Positions 38,459 to 47,875 of a DNA stretch of 55,193 nucleotides are shown here, in pieces (positions within the stretch are counted from its first letter, which is position 1; each line of letters starts with the position of its first letter). Source of the DNA: a virus (Duplodnaviria > Caudoviricetes); the IMG/VR virus record IMGVR_UViG_3300001338_000004, positions 1-55,193 of that record. One strand, 5' to 3'. The translations under genes were made by a program, and so were the position numbers. The notes beneath the pieces were generated by a model. That model worked only from the letters and a program-made list of their open reading frames with translations. It had not been told where the DNA came from and did no database searches.

Positions 38459-38878
38459 GTGGCGAAATACGGAAGCAATTCACTGGTCATCAACTTCGAC
38501 AACGTCGGCGGCACTCCGACCGACATGTCGAACTACGTCCAGACCATCAACTCGGTTGAGGTCGAGGCCATCATTGAAGAGTCGACTTCGTTCGGCGACT
38601 CGTGGATGGAGTCGCTCGCAACCGGGATTCGGAAGATGAGCGATGTCGTGCTCGGCGGCATGTTCGACGATACGGCAACGTCCGGGCCGGACGTGGTCTT
38701 CAATGCGGTGGCTAGTGGGCCGTCTGCATCCACCAGAACGCTGGCAATCACGTGGGGTGGAAGCAAGATCACCTCCGTTGAGACCCTCATCGCGAAGTAC
38801 GCGCGCACGTCGGCACGGAACACCATCACCAAGTACGCGGTCACGCTCAAGCCGACCGGTACCGTGACCGAGGCGTAG
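38459..38878 (+). CDS. Major tail tube protein (paralogue 2)
   Basis: GTG with AAGGAG; DMSNYV...EESTSFGDSW...G...FDD...PTGTVT; precedes the chaperones and tape measure. Confidence 0.75.
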   Translation: MAKYGSNSLVINFDNVGGTPTDMSNYVQTINSVEVEAIIEESTSFGDSWMESLATGIRKMSDVVLGGMFDDTATSGPDVVFNAVASGPSASTRTLAITWGGSKITSVETLIAKYARTSARNTITKYAVTLKPTGTVTEA

Positions 38879-38895
38879 TCACGTCGATCTCACGA

Positions 38896-38930
38896 AGTGG
38901 GCCGGTCGGGCATGAGGCTCGGCCGGCACT
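38896..38930 (+). terminator. Hairpin after the tail tube gene
   Basis: Imperfect IR agtgggccggtcgggc / gctcggccggcact. Confidence 0.4.
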
Positions 38931-38954
38931 CCTTCCTACTCAAGGAGCAGAGCA

Positions 38955-39356
38955 ATGGCGTTGGTTGATAACATCACAAACTGGGAACCGATCCCGCATG
39001 AAGAGGGCAACGAGTTCCTTCTTCGTAAGTTGACGTGGAAGCAGTTGGAGCGGGCCGCCGATGCGCGGGCCGATCGCAGTGCACCGCGTGTGCGGGCCGT
39101 CGGTGGCGAAGTCATGGCGGCCTTGCAGACCGTCAAGCGAGACGACCTCGACGAAGGCCGGGAGAATCCGCTCAACACGTACGATCGCGGTACGCTGCTC
39201 GAGATGGGCGTGGCCAATTGGCGTGGACCGCTGTACGAGAAGGACTTCAAGAAGGAGTCGATCGAACAGCTGGACTCGGACACCGCCGACTGGGCCGCGA
39301 CTCGGCTCGTCGAGATGTCGAAGAAGACGAAGACGAAGGATCAGCAGCGGGACTGA
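38955..39356 (+). CDS. Tail assembly chaperone (G)
   Basis: Position between tube and tape measure; AAGGAG RBS. Confidence 0.7.
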   Translation: MALVDNITNWEPIPHEEGNEFLLRKLTWKQLERAADARADRSAPRVRAVGGEVMAALQTVKRDDLDEGRENPLNTYDRGTLLEMGVANWRGPLYEKDFKKESIEQLDSDTADWAATRLVEMSKKTKTKDQQRD

Positions 39357-39691
39357 CGCGGGCGCTGCATGCGGCTCTTGATGGACGACCCGGAAGCACG
39401 GCACCCTTCGCAGACTATGTCTCGCAGGTGTGTTCGGCGTTTCCGGGTCTCCACCCATACAGCGCCATTCGGTTGATCTCGGACGATCCACTGGAGCTGG
39501 TCCCCGACATCCTACTCCTCCGACAGTATCGGGAGGCGTATCGGTTGTGGAACGACGCGCAAGGCGAAGGCAAAGAGAAAGAAGAGCTCCGGAACGAATT
39601 GCTGAACAACGAGCTGATCCGGTGGGTCTTCGAACACGAGTACGAGTTCGTAAAACTCGATCGCGAGAAACGTAAGAAGAAGCAGACGTAA
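39357..39691 (+). CDS. Tail assembly chaperone GT extension (-1 frame; start approximate)
   Basis: Open -1 frame (ORF 39035-39691) runs across the G stop up to the tape measure gene and has no good RBS of its own. Confidence 0.55.
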
Positions 39692-39698
39692 CCCAACT

Positions 39699-42494
39699 AT
39701 GGCATCCACCGTCACCATCGGCGACATCCTCGCGGTTCTCCGGCTCAAGGACGAGATGTCTGGAGCAGTGCGTGGGATTGTGGCGGAGTCATCCTCTCAG
39801 CTGCGTCAGCTCGGCAACGATATGTCGGCGCTGGGCACGAAGATGACGATTGGATTGACCGCGCCGTTGGTGGGTGCGGCCGGGGCCGGACTGAAGTTTG
39901 GGTCCGACTTCGAAACGGCAATGACGAAGGTTTCCACCATTGCCGGTGCGACCGTCGAACAGGCCAAAGCCATTCGTGCGTCCATTATGGCCCTTGCTCC
40001 GGAGACCGGGCAGGGGCCGCTGGCCTTGGCGGAAGCTATGGTCAAGATTCCACTGGCCGCATTGAGTGCGAAGGACGCGCAAGATGTCCTGACGGCGTCG
40101 GCTCGCGCGGCTGCGATTGGCCTCGGCGAAGCCAAGGAAGTCGCGCTGCTGTTGACCGGTGTCATGAAAGCGTATGGGTCCGAGAACATCACGGCCACCC
40201 GGGCAACGGAAATCATGTTGTCCACGGTTCAGGAAGGCAACGTTGAGGTCGGCGAGTTGGCCGGGGTCCTCGGTCGGGTTGTCGGTATCGCCGCTACGGT
40301 GGGCATCTCATTCGAAGAGCTGGGCGGCTTTATCGCCACGTTCTCTCGCTTGGGTGTGGACGCGGGCGAGTCGGTCACGGCGCTGCGTGGCATTATCACG
40401 ACACTCCTCGGTCCCAGCAAGCAAGCCAAGGATACACTGAAAGAGTTCGGCACGAGCATCGACGACGTCAAATCGGCGGTGAAAGAAAAGGGTCTCACCG
40501 CGGCGATGATGGACTTGATGGGGCTGTTCAAAGGCAACGAGGATGCCTTGGACGGTGTGTTCGGCAACGTCCGGGCGTTGGCCGGCGTCATGGGTGTCTT
40601 CACAGCCCAGGGCAAGGACGTCAGTGGCGTCCTGGAGAATATCAAAGAGCGGACTGGCAACGTCGACGCCGCGTTCAAGCAGTTCAAAGAAACCACGAAC
40701 TTCAAGTGGTCGCAGTTCACGGCGGAAATGCAGACAATGGCAATTGCGCTCGGCGATAGTCTGGCTCCCAGTTTCAAAGCGTTGCTGGAAGCGAGCAAGC
40801 CGATCATTGACGTTGTGGTGTCTCTCATCAAGGGCTTTAGTGAACTTCCCGGCCCGGTGCAGACCGGCGTTATTGCATTCTTGTCACTCGTTGCCGTCGC
40901 CGGGCCCACGCTTGTGGTCCTAGGTCAACTGCTCTCGCTCTTCGGCGCGCTTGGCGGCGCGGTTGCGTGGATCATGGAGTTCGCTTCTGCCGTTGGTGCG
41001 TTTGGATTGGCTGAAGCCGCGATGGCGTGGATTCCCGGAGCCACACTGGCGGTTGAAGCATTCGGTGGGGTCCTCGCGGTGATGACCGGTCCGATCGGTT
41101 TGGTGGTTGCGGCGGTCGTTGGTTTGGGCTTGGTCTGGATGACGTGGGGTGACGATATCAAACGCGTCGTCGGCGAGGCCTATGCCGCGGTGAAAGAATG
41201 GCTCTGGGATAAATTCGAGCCAGTGTTGACCCCGATCATCGGATTGCTTCAGTCGATCGGGGAAATGTTCGAAGCGTTCGGCCGTCTCGTTGGTGCCGTG
41301 GTCGAACGCGTGTACACCGTGGCACGGGACTGGATCTACGACAAGCTGGTCGGCGTATTTAATTTCCTACACGACGGGGTGATCAAAGTACGCGACCTTG
41401 TCTTGAAGATGCCGGATTGGATGCTTGCGTTGACTGGCCCGGTGGGTCTGGTGGTCATCGCGTTCAAACACTGGGACCAGATTACGACGGTTGTGACGAA
41501 CGTATACAACGCCGTGAAACATTGGCTCATCGACAAGTTTACCGATATCGTAGACGGCATCAAGGGCAAGATCGATTCGGTGACCGGGTTCTTCAACAAC
41601 ATGTACGAGAAGGTGGTCGGCCACTCGATCGTGCCGGACATGGTGCGGGAGATCGGACTGACGATCGACAAGCTGGACGACAACTTCGTGGACCGGGTTC
41701 ACGGACAGACGACGAAAGCCACGGGTCACTTCGCGTTCATGCAGACGGCGATCATGGACGTCGTCCACGGATGGGTCACCGAACTTGAAGGGGTGATCGA
41801 CCGCGGCATGCAGAAGATCTTCGGTAAGGACGGCCCGATGGGCAAAGTTGGTGAGCTGGCTGCGGCGGTACTGTCGGCCGCGTTGAATTACGCGATCAGC
41901 CGAGCGATGTCGTCGATCATGGGCGCGATCTTCGGTACCGCAGCTGGAGGAGCCGGAGGAGCCGGAGCCGCTGGCGCGGCCGGTGGCGGTATCTCTGCCG
42001 GAGCGATCGGTGCTGCTGCTGGCTACGCGGTAATCCCGGCGCTCCTTGCGGCTCTTATTTGGAATCCGGGTCCGACTGATCCGGGCCAGAATCAGGTTCA
42101 GGATTTGGCGGCGGCGCAGTCGGCGTTCGACAATCTGATCATGCAGGGGCAGGATCCCCTCGAGGGCGGCAACAACTTTACGCAGTTCATGGCGCAGCAT
42201 CCGTGGCTGTGGGGAATGGGTCAGGGCTTTAAGGACGGCGGCATCGTACGTCCGACGGGACTTGATCCGGCAGACACCGTACCGATCTGGGCGCAGCCGG
42301 GTGAGCGGGTTCTTTCGGTACCGGAGACCCAGGCATACGACCGGATGGCCGCGTTCGGAAGTGCGGCCGGCACCACGGTTCATATTCACGTGAACGTGGA
42401 TCGTCCGGTCATGATGGACAAGCGCATGGTGGGTGAGCTGTCGGATCGCTTGGTCCGACGGATTCCGGGCGACCTTCGGAAACGGGGTCTCTAA
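39699..42494 (+). CDS. Tape measure protein (TP901-like)
   Basis: GLTAPL...DFETAM core, periodic W/F repeats and C-terminal FKDGG...DTVP...PGERV. Confidence 0.93.
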   Translation: MASTVTIGDILAVLRLKDEMSGAVRGIVAESSSQLRQLGNDMSALGTKMTIGLTAPLVGAAGAGLKFGSDFETAMTKVSTIAGATVEQAKAIRASIMALAPETGQGPLALAEAMVKIPLAALSAKDAQDVLTASARAAAIGLGEAKEVALLLTGVMKAYGSENITATRATEIMLSTVQEGNVEVGELAGVLGRVVGIAATVGISFEELGGFIATFSRLGVDAGESVTALRGIITTLLGPSKQAKDTLKEFGTSIDDVKSAVKEKGLTAAMMDLMGLFKGNEDALDGVFGNVRALAGVMGVFTAQGKDVSGVLENIKERTGNVDAAFKQFKETTNFKWSQFTAEMQTMAIALGDSLAPSFKALLEASKPIIDVVVSLIKGFSELPGPVQTGVIAFLSLVAVAGPTLVVLGQLLSLFGALGGAVAWIMEFASAVGAFGLAEAAMAWIPGATLAVEAFGGVLAVMTGPIGLVVAAVVGLGLVWMTWGDDIKRVVGEAYAAVKEWLWDKFEPVLTPIIGLLQSIGEMFEAFGRLVGAVVERVYTVARDWIYDKLVGVFNFLHDGVIKVRDLVLKMPDWMLALTGPVGLVVIAFKHWDQITTVVTNVYNAVKHWLIDKFTDIVDGIKGKIDSVTGFFNNMYEKVVGHSIVPDMVREIGLTIDKLDDNFVDRVHGQTTKATGHFAFMQTAIMDVVHGWVTELEGVIDRGMQKIFGKDGPMGKVGELAAAVLSAALNYAISRAMSSIMGAIFGTAAGGAGGAGAAGAAGGGISAGAIGAAAGYAVIPALLAALIWNPGPTDPGQNQVQDLAAAQSAFDNLIMQGQDPLEGGNNFTQFMAQHPWLWGMGQGFKDGGIVRPTGLDPADTVPIWAQPGERVLSVPETQAYDRMAAFGSAAGTTVHIHVNVDRPVMMDKRMVGELSDRLVRRIPGDLRKRGL

Positions 42495-44164
42495 TGGCGT
42501 GGCGTCTCGAGGTCGACGGAGATGATGTCACCCAGTCGGTGGACGCGACGCATCGGGTACAGATTGAACTCGGTCCACTGAACGAACGCGACCGACTCAC
42601 CTTCACCTGCAAGCCGGGTTACCTTCCGAATCGACTCGACGAGGTCTACGCATACAAGCAGGACGGCACGACCTTGCTGTTCGGCGGTATCGTACTACAC
42701 CGGTCGTTCGACGGGATGCTGCCGAGTGCCAATCCCGGGTACTGCGAAGTCAGTTGTGTCGATTTCTTTGCGTACACCGATTGGTGCTACACTGAGTATG
42801 CGTCCGACGTCCCGGTCACTGTGAAGGAAGTCCTCGAGGCGCTGATCGCCGAAGTTTTAACCGACTACGGATTTACGCTGGATGCGGGGCAGGTGGATGG
42901 CCCGTCGGTTGATGCCGTGGATTGGTCTACCGGGATCCGTGTGTCGGATGCCCTACGTGAGATCTTTGATCGCACCGGCTACGTCGTACGGGTGTCGCCG
43001 GATAAGAAGATTCGGATGTTCCTGCCGGGATCGGAAGCGGCTCCCCACGCACTGACCGACGCGGCTCCTCACTGTCGTTCTCTTCGGTGGTCCGACCCGG
43101 ACGACATGGATTCGAATCACTATATTCTGGACATCGGTCCCACAGGAACCGCCTCCCGTGTCCAGGAGTGGACGGCGGACGGGGTCGATACTACGTGGGA
43201 GTTTGACGTCCCGATTGCCGCGTACCCGCCGTTGATTTACGTCGATGACGGCGTGTCTCCGTTTCTCGGGACGATTAGTGAACCGAGCGGCGGCGGTCAA
43301 TTCGAGATTGATCTGGCGGCTAATCGGCTGCAAGTAGGTACGTACGGTACCCCGGCCGCCGGGGTCGTACTCCGCTTCGGTCCCAGTACGGAGTTCGGCG
43401 ACGCGATTGTTGGGTACACGGCTCAGTACCCGTTTCGTATTCGTGTGGGTAGTGGATCTCCAGCGATCTACGGACGGGGCGCGCGACCGGATATTCTCGA
43501 ACCCAGTATTGGGACGTCGGTCGCCGAGGGGTTGCTGGCGCAGATCAATCAGTCGCCGTTGACCGTTGAGGTTGAGAGTCTCGACTCTGGATGGGAGCCG
43601 GGTCAGTCGCTGTCGATTGCGTTGACCGAACGCGTCACCGGGACGTATGCAATCACCACGGCGGCAATCACGTTGATCAGCGACGAGTTCTGGGTGTATA
43701 ATTTCGAGGCAACCGAGACGACCTACCAGGGATCCTACCTGACCGAATGGCGGCAGATGCTCGGAGGTAACGGTGCGAGCAGCGTCTCGGCTCCCGGCGG
43801 CTCAACGTTAACGGTGGCAGCCAATCCGTTTGGGTTGGGTGGTTCGCGTGACCGTGCGGTCACGATGGCGGCGTCGCCGGCGTGGCATGACGTCGTTGAT
43901 TTCTTGGACTACTATCCAACGGTATCGTATACCGGACGGATACGGGGTGCAATTCGTGCACGGAATACCGGAGTCGAGGTGACGCTCCGTTTGCTCAACG
44001 TGACGGACAGTACGTCGGTTGAGTCGGACCCCGTTGAAGATACGGATTTTGTGGACGTGGACTTCACGGCTACGATCACGAACGGAAAGCATTACAAACT
44101 GCAGGTCTACGGAGATGTGGGGAGTGAAGATGTCTACGGCATTGCGACACTGCAAAGTCTATAG
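42494..44164 (+). CDS. Tail tip/hub protein
   Basis: Follows tape measure; LFGGIV and VSDALREI..TGY..VSPDKKI motifs; no signal peptide. Confidence 0.7.
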   Translation: MAWRLEVDGDDVTQSVDATHRVQIELGPLNERDRLTFTCKPGYLPNRLDEVYAYKQDGTTLLFGGIVLHRSFDGMLPSANPGYCEVSCVDFFAYTDWCYTEYASDVPVTVKEVLEALIAEVLTDYGFTLDAGQVDGPSVDAVDWSTGIRVSDALREIFDRTGYVVRVSPDKKIRMFLPGSEAAPHALTDAAPHCRSLRWSDPDDMDSNHYILDIGPTGTASRVQEWTADGVDTTWEFDVPIAAYPPLIYVDDGVSPFLGTISEPSGGGQFEIDLAANRLQVGTYGTPAAGVVLRFGPSTEFGDAIVGYTAQYPFRIRVGSGSPAIYGRGARPDILEPSIGTSVAEGLLAQINQSPLTVEVESLDSGWEPGQSLSIALTERVTGTYAITTAAITLISDEFWVYNFEATETTYQGSYLTEWRQMLGGNGASSVSAPGGSTLTVAANPFGLGGSRDRAVTMAASPAWHDVVDFLDYYPTVSYTGRIRGAIRARNTGVEVTLRLLNVTDSTSVESDPVEDTDFVDVDFTATITNGKHYKLQVYGDVGSEDVYGIATLQSL

Positions 44165-47100
44165 TCTGCTCCTGGCGCTTTGGGCCGCTCCGGCCTTTGC
44201 CCAGTCGAGCTACGACGCAACGAATGTGTACTTTGGTACACTACGTATTACGGCCGGGAGCGGCTCTCCTGAAGGGGTGGTCACGGCTCCAGTCGGTAGT
44301 CAGTACTATCGAAACAACTGCTCCACAACGACACCCTGCGTCTACGTGAAAACCGCGGGGTCCGGCAACACAGGGTGGGTTGCGGTACCGGGATATGGAA
44401 CCGCGTCGGCGAATACGGTATTCGCAGGACCGACGTCCGGTGGGGTCGCGGTACCTACGTTCCGTATCCTTGTTGATGCGGATCTTCCGTTCGGTACGCC
44501 GACACAAGGCGACGTGGTGGTCGGTAATGGGACGCCCGCGTGGTCTCGCCTTGCCATTGGTGCATCGCCAGGGCAGCTGTTGCGGTCAACCGGGACGGCT
44601 CCCGCGTGGAGTACAACCATTTGGCCAAATGCGGCTACAACCGGCGACCTACTCTATGCGGCGAGCGCCAATACCTACGGTAATCTGAACGATGTGGCGA
44701 CCGGCCGTGTGCTGATTAGTGGCGGTGTCGGTACTGCACCCAGCTATAGCGCGACGCCACCGCTGACCGCGGTCTACGGTGATCCGACGAATCATCAGCT
44801 GTCTCTCGGCGGTAGCGGTGTCAGTGGGTGTCCGAATCCCCCGTCGCTCGCAACGTGTGAGGGTGCGGATGTTACGATCACATCTGCGTTCCTTGAGCAG
44901 CGTTTGAAGACGGATAGTTCGTACCGCTCGCAGTGGTTCATCGGCAGTGACGGCGGACATCTGAACGCGTACAACGCGGGCGGATGGATGGCGATGCGGA
45001 TCGACGGCGGTCCCACGCAGTTCGGCGGCGGCGGGGTGCATATCGGTACCAACAACGTTAGTGATCCCGGACTCGGGAACGCGGCCTTGGACGGGTACAT
45101 CGGTACGCCAAACTATGTCTCGAAGACAACCGGATGGCGTATGACGTATGCGGGCGAGCTGGACGCCCGCTACGGCTACCTAGACGAACTTCAGGTTAAG
45201 TTGTTCACAGCTGAACTTCAGCGTGCGTTGAGAGGGTCGGAAATCATTGCACCGTCTTACGGCGTACTGGCCTCTGATTTTACCGTGCCGGCCAAAGGCA
45301 GTATTGCGACGCTGATCTTGAAAGATGCGGAAGGCGTACCCAACGTTCAGGTCCTCACGTCTGGACACACGGTAAACGTTCGCACCATGTCTCGACCGGA
45401 CGGCGGACTTATCGTCGGCAACGCCTTCGGGACCGTCAGTGGATATACGGACAACGCAGACGGCACGCAAAGCTGGACGTTCACCAGATTCCTTGGGAAC
45501 GACGGCGGCAGTTTGCCGACCGGCACAACCGCGTCTTCGGGCGGAGTGGTGCTCGACTACGGGACGTCTGGCAGTGGTTACCTGGAGTTGACCTCGGTTG
45601 ACGGCACTGCGGTGATTACGTCGCTTACGCGGGCCAGCTCGACGGCCACGGCGACAACCACCGCGCCGCACGGTCTGAAGACGGGCGACACCGCAGTCAT
45701 CAGTGGTGCGACGGACTCGGCATACAACGGATCGTTCACGATTACGGCGACCGGATCGACAACGTTTACCTATACCGTGTCCGGCACACCGACGACGCCA
45801 GATCCGAGCACGCAGATTCTTGTGAACGGGACGAACGGTACGAACGCACCCTACTCACAAGTCGTTACGTGGTCTGGGCTGTCTCCACAAGCGGCGAATC
45901 TCACGCTTCGCCAGCGCTGTGGCAATCTGCGCGGTGTCACCGGCACGCTGGAGTATGGGTGTTTGCTCGGTACGTACACTGGATCGAACGCCGACAAGTA
46001 CATGATCTTTTCGGATCAGCAAGCGACGATCCGAAACGTCAACCTCGATATTTATAGTGGGTCGAATCGCGCCATCATCTTGGATCCGGCGACGCCGTAT
46101 CTATCGATGGGCGTGCCGGCCTCGACGGCGTACGGTAGTGGCACGGGTTTCTTCGTCGGTCTCGACGCCGGGTGCATGAAGGTGCACATCGGGGACTACA
46201 GTACGAACTACATCGACTGGAACTGCTCTCAGTTGACGGTCAGTGGAAATATTGTCATCACCGGCACGTCCATCGATGCGTCTTCAGTAAATGGCTACTC
46301 GGGTGCCTCTGTCGTCAGCGCGTCGCAGCGTGGGCTTCTCGGATTCGATAGTTTTGGGAATCCGATCTTGCCGCACGCTGCCACGCCGTCCGGGAGCGGT
46401 CTGTTCCTCGGCTCCGACTACATGGGCTACTTCGCGTCAAGTGCGTGGAAGACCTACATTAGTAGCGGAGGCGATTTCGCGTTTGGCAACTACGGCGACG
46501 GAGGCTCTGGCATCTCATGGACACAAGCCACCGGTACGCTCAGTATCCGTGGTCAGGTGACGATCACCAGCGGAAGTGTCCCGAATGCTTCGGTCACGGG
46601 GCTTGGGGCGCTCGCTACCCAGAATACGGTGGCGATGGGTTCACAGACTACCGGCAACTACGCAGGTTCCTCGTCTGCGGGCGGGAGCGCCAACGACACG
46701 GCACTGGTCAACGGTGTTTCGGCGTCAACCGTCCAAGACGGGGCCGCACGCGCTGCTTCCGGTTTGAACGCCAGCGGCTATCTAGTTACGAAAGTGATCC
46801 CAGGAACCGCCGCCGCTCCTTCGGGGGCTGGTTTGTATCTTGGGTCGGACTACCTCGGGTACTACAGCGGGTCGTCTTGGCAAACGTTCATGCAGTCGAA
46901 CGGTAACTTCTACCTCGGCGGTACGAGCGGTGCGTTGCAGTGGAATGCCTCCGGCGGTACGCTAGCCGTTGACGGGACCATCGTTGCAAGAGCGGGACAG
47001 TTCCTCGGGAGCCTCTCGGTCGGGACCGGCGGCGTACTGTATTCAGGCAAGAGCGCGTGTACGACCGGTACCGGGTTCTGGCTCGCTTATAACTCTGGGA

Positions 47101-47555
47101 CACCGCAAGCGTGCTTCGGAGATCCGAGCGGGAATTTCTTCAACTGGACCGGCGCGGTGCTCGACATTAAAGCGGGGTACAACTCCAGTCTTGGAACGTA
47201 CGCGCTCGTCGTGGACGGTTCCGGTAATAAGCATGTCGGTATGGGAGCGGGACCGATTACCGCCGCCACACTAAACGTTGCGAGCGACGACAATACGTCC
47301 GCGACCTATAGTTTCATTGCGTCGAACCACTCTGCCTCTGCAATCAATCTTGTCGGCTATGGTGATGGTTCAACGTATGTTGGAGGACCGATCTTCTTTG
47401 GTACGGGTCAGTGGGACACGACCGGGAATGGTACGAACCCACCGTCTCAGATGAACGGACCTTTCGGGAACCGACAGCTTGATGGGTGGTTCCCGATTTG
47501 GGTTTGGACCGGTGCGTCCTATCAAAAGGTGTGGCTGCCTGCGTGGTTTGACTAG
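44130..47555 (+). CDS. Large tail fibre/adhesin (1141 aa) with Sec signal peptide
   Basis: ATG 44130 with GGGGAG RBS; MSTALRHCKVYSLLLALWAAPAFA|Q; GSGSPEGVVTAPVGS.Y...YVK..G..GW fibre motif; G/S/T-rich internal repeats. Confidence 0.8.
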   Translation: MSTALRHCKVYSLLLALWAAPAFAQSSYDATNVYFGTLRITAGSGSPEGVVTAPVGSQYYRNNCSTTTPCVYVKTAGSGNTGWVAVPGYGTASANTVFAGPTSGGVAVPTFRILVDADLPFGTPTQGDVVVGNGTPAWSRLAIGASPGQLLRSTGTAPAWSTTIWPNAATTGDLLYAASANTYGNLNDVATGRVLISGGVGTAPSYSATPPLTAVYGDPTNHQLSLGGSGVSGCPNPPSLATCEGADVTITSAFLEQRLKTDSSYRSQWFIGSDGGHLNAYNAGGWMAMRIDGGPTQFGGGGVHIGTNNVSDPGLGNAALDGYIGTPNYVSKTTGWRMTYAGELDARYGYLDELQVKLFTAELQRALRGSEIIAPSYGVLASDFTVPAKGSIATLILKDAEGVPNVQVLTSGHTVNVRTMSRPDGGLIVGNAFGTVSGYTDNADGTQSWTFTRFLGNDGGSLPTGTTASSGGVVLDYGTSGSGYLELTSVDGTAVITSLTRASSTATATTTAPHGLKTGDTAVISGATDSAYNGSFTITATGSTTFTYTVSGTPTTPDPSTQILVNGTNGTNAPYSQVVTWSGLSPQAANLTLRQRCGNLRGVTGTLEYGCLLGTYTGSNADKYMIFSDQQATIRNVNLDIYSGSNRAIILDPATPYLSMGVPASTAYGSGTGFFVGLDAGCMKVHIGDYSTNYIDWNCSQLTVSGNIVITGTSIDASSVNGYSGASVVSASQRGLLGFDSFGNPILPHAATPSGSGLFLGSDYMGYFASSAWKTYISSGGDFAFGNYGDGGSGISWTQATGTLSIRGQVTITSGSVPNASVTGLGALATQNTVAMGSQTTGNYAGSSSAGGSANDTALVNGVSASTVQDGAARAASGLNASGYLVTKVIPGTAAAPSGAGLYLGSDYLGYYSGSSWQTFMQSNGNFYLGGTSGALQWNASGGTLAVDGTIVARAGQFLGSLSVGTGGVLYSGKSACTTGTGFWLAYNSGTPQACFGDPSGNFFNWTGAVLDIKAGYNSSLGTYALVVDGSGNKHVGMGAGPITAATLNVASDDNTSATYSFIASNHSASAINLVGYGDGSTYVGGPIFFGTGQWDTTGNGTNPPSQMNGPFGNRQLDGWFPIWVWTGASYQKVWLPAWFD

Positions 47556-47564
47556 GAGTGAGTA

Positions 47565-47855
47565 ATGACGAAACGTTTTTCTTTAGTCTTGATCGTTTGC
47601 GCCCTGTCGGCGGTTTCGGCTCAGGTTGGTCCTGACGACGCGGCCGCTGCGCGCGTGAAAGCCGTTGAAGCAATCACAGCGGGTATTGAGAGAGCCAAGG
47701 CTGCTGACGCGACGAAAGTGCGTCCCGCGTCTTCTGGTGCCGTTCCAGAGACGCCGTTCTCAAGGATGCAGGCGGAGATCGTGAATCTTCGCCGTGAAGT
47801 GGACGCGCTGCATGCTCGACTGGATCGAATTGATCCGGCTGGCCGCGGCCGCTAG
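47565..47855 (+). CDS. Small signal-peptide coiled-coil protein between fibre genes
   Basis: MTKRFSLVLIVCALSAVSA|Q; C-terminal heptads; AGGAG RBS. Confidence 0.65.
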   Translation: MTKRFSLVLIVCALSAVSAQVGPDDAAAARVKAVEAITAGIERAKAADATKVRPASSGAVPETPFSRMQAEIVNLRREVDALHARLDRIDPAGRGR

Positions 47856-47875
47856 TAGTAATCAAGGAGTTGCTA

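Noticed and set aside
44019-44129. Longer N-terminus of the large fibre given by the ORF track
   Set aside because: TTG start deep inside the hub gene with no RBS; ATG 44130 has an RBS and yields a coherent signal peptide.
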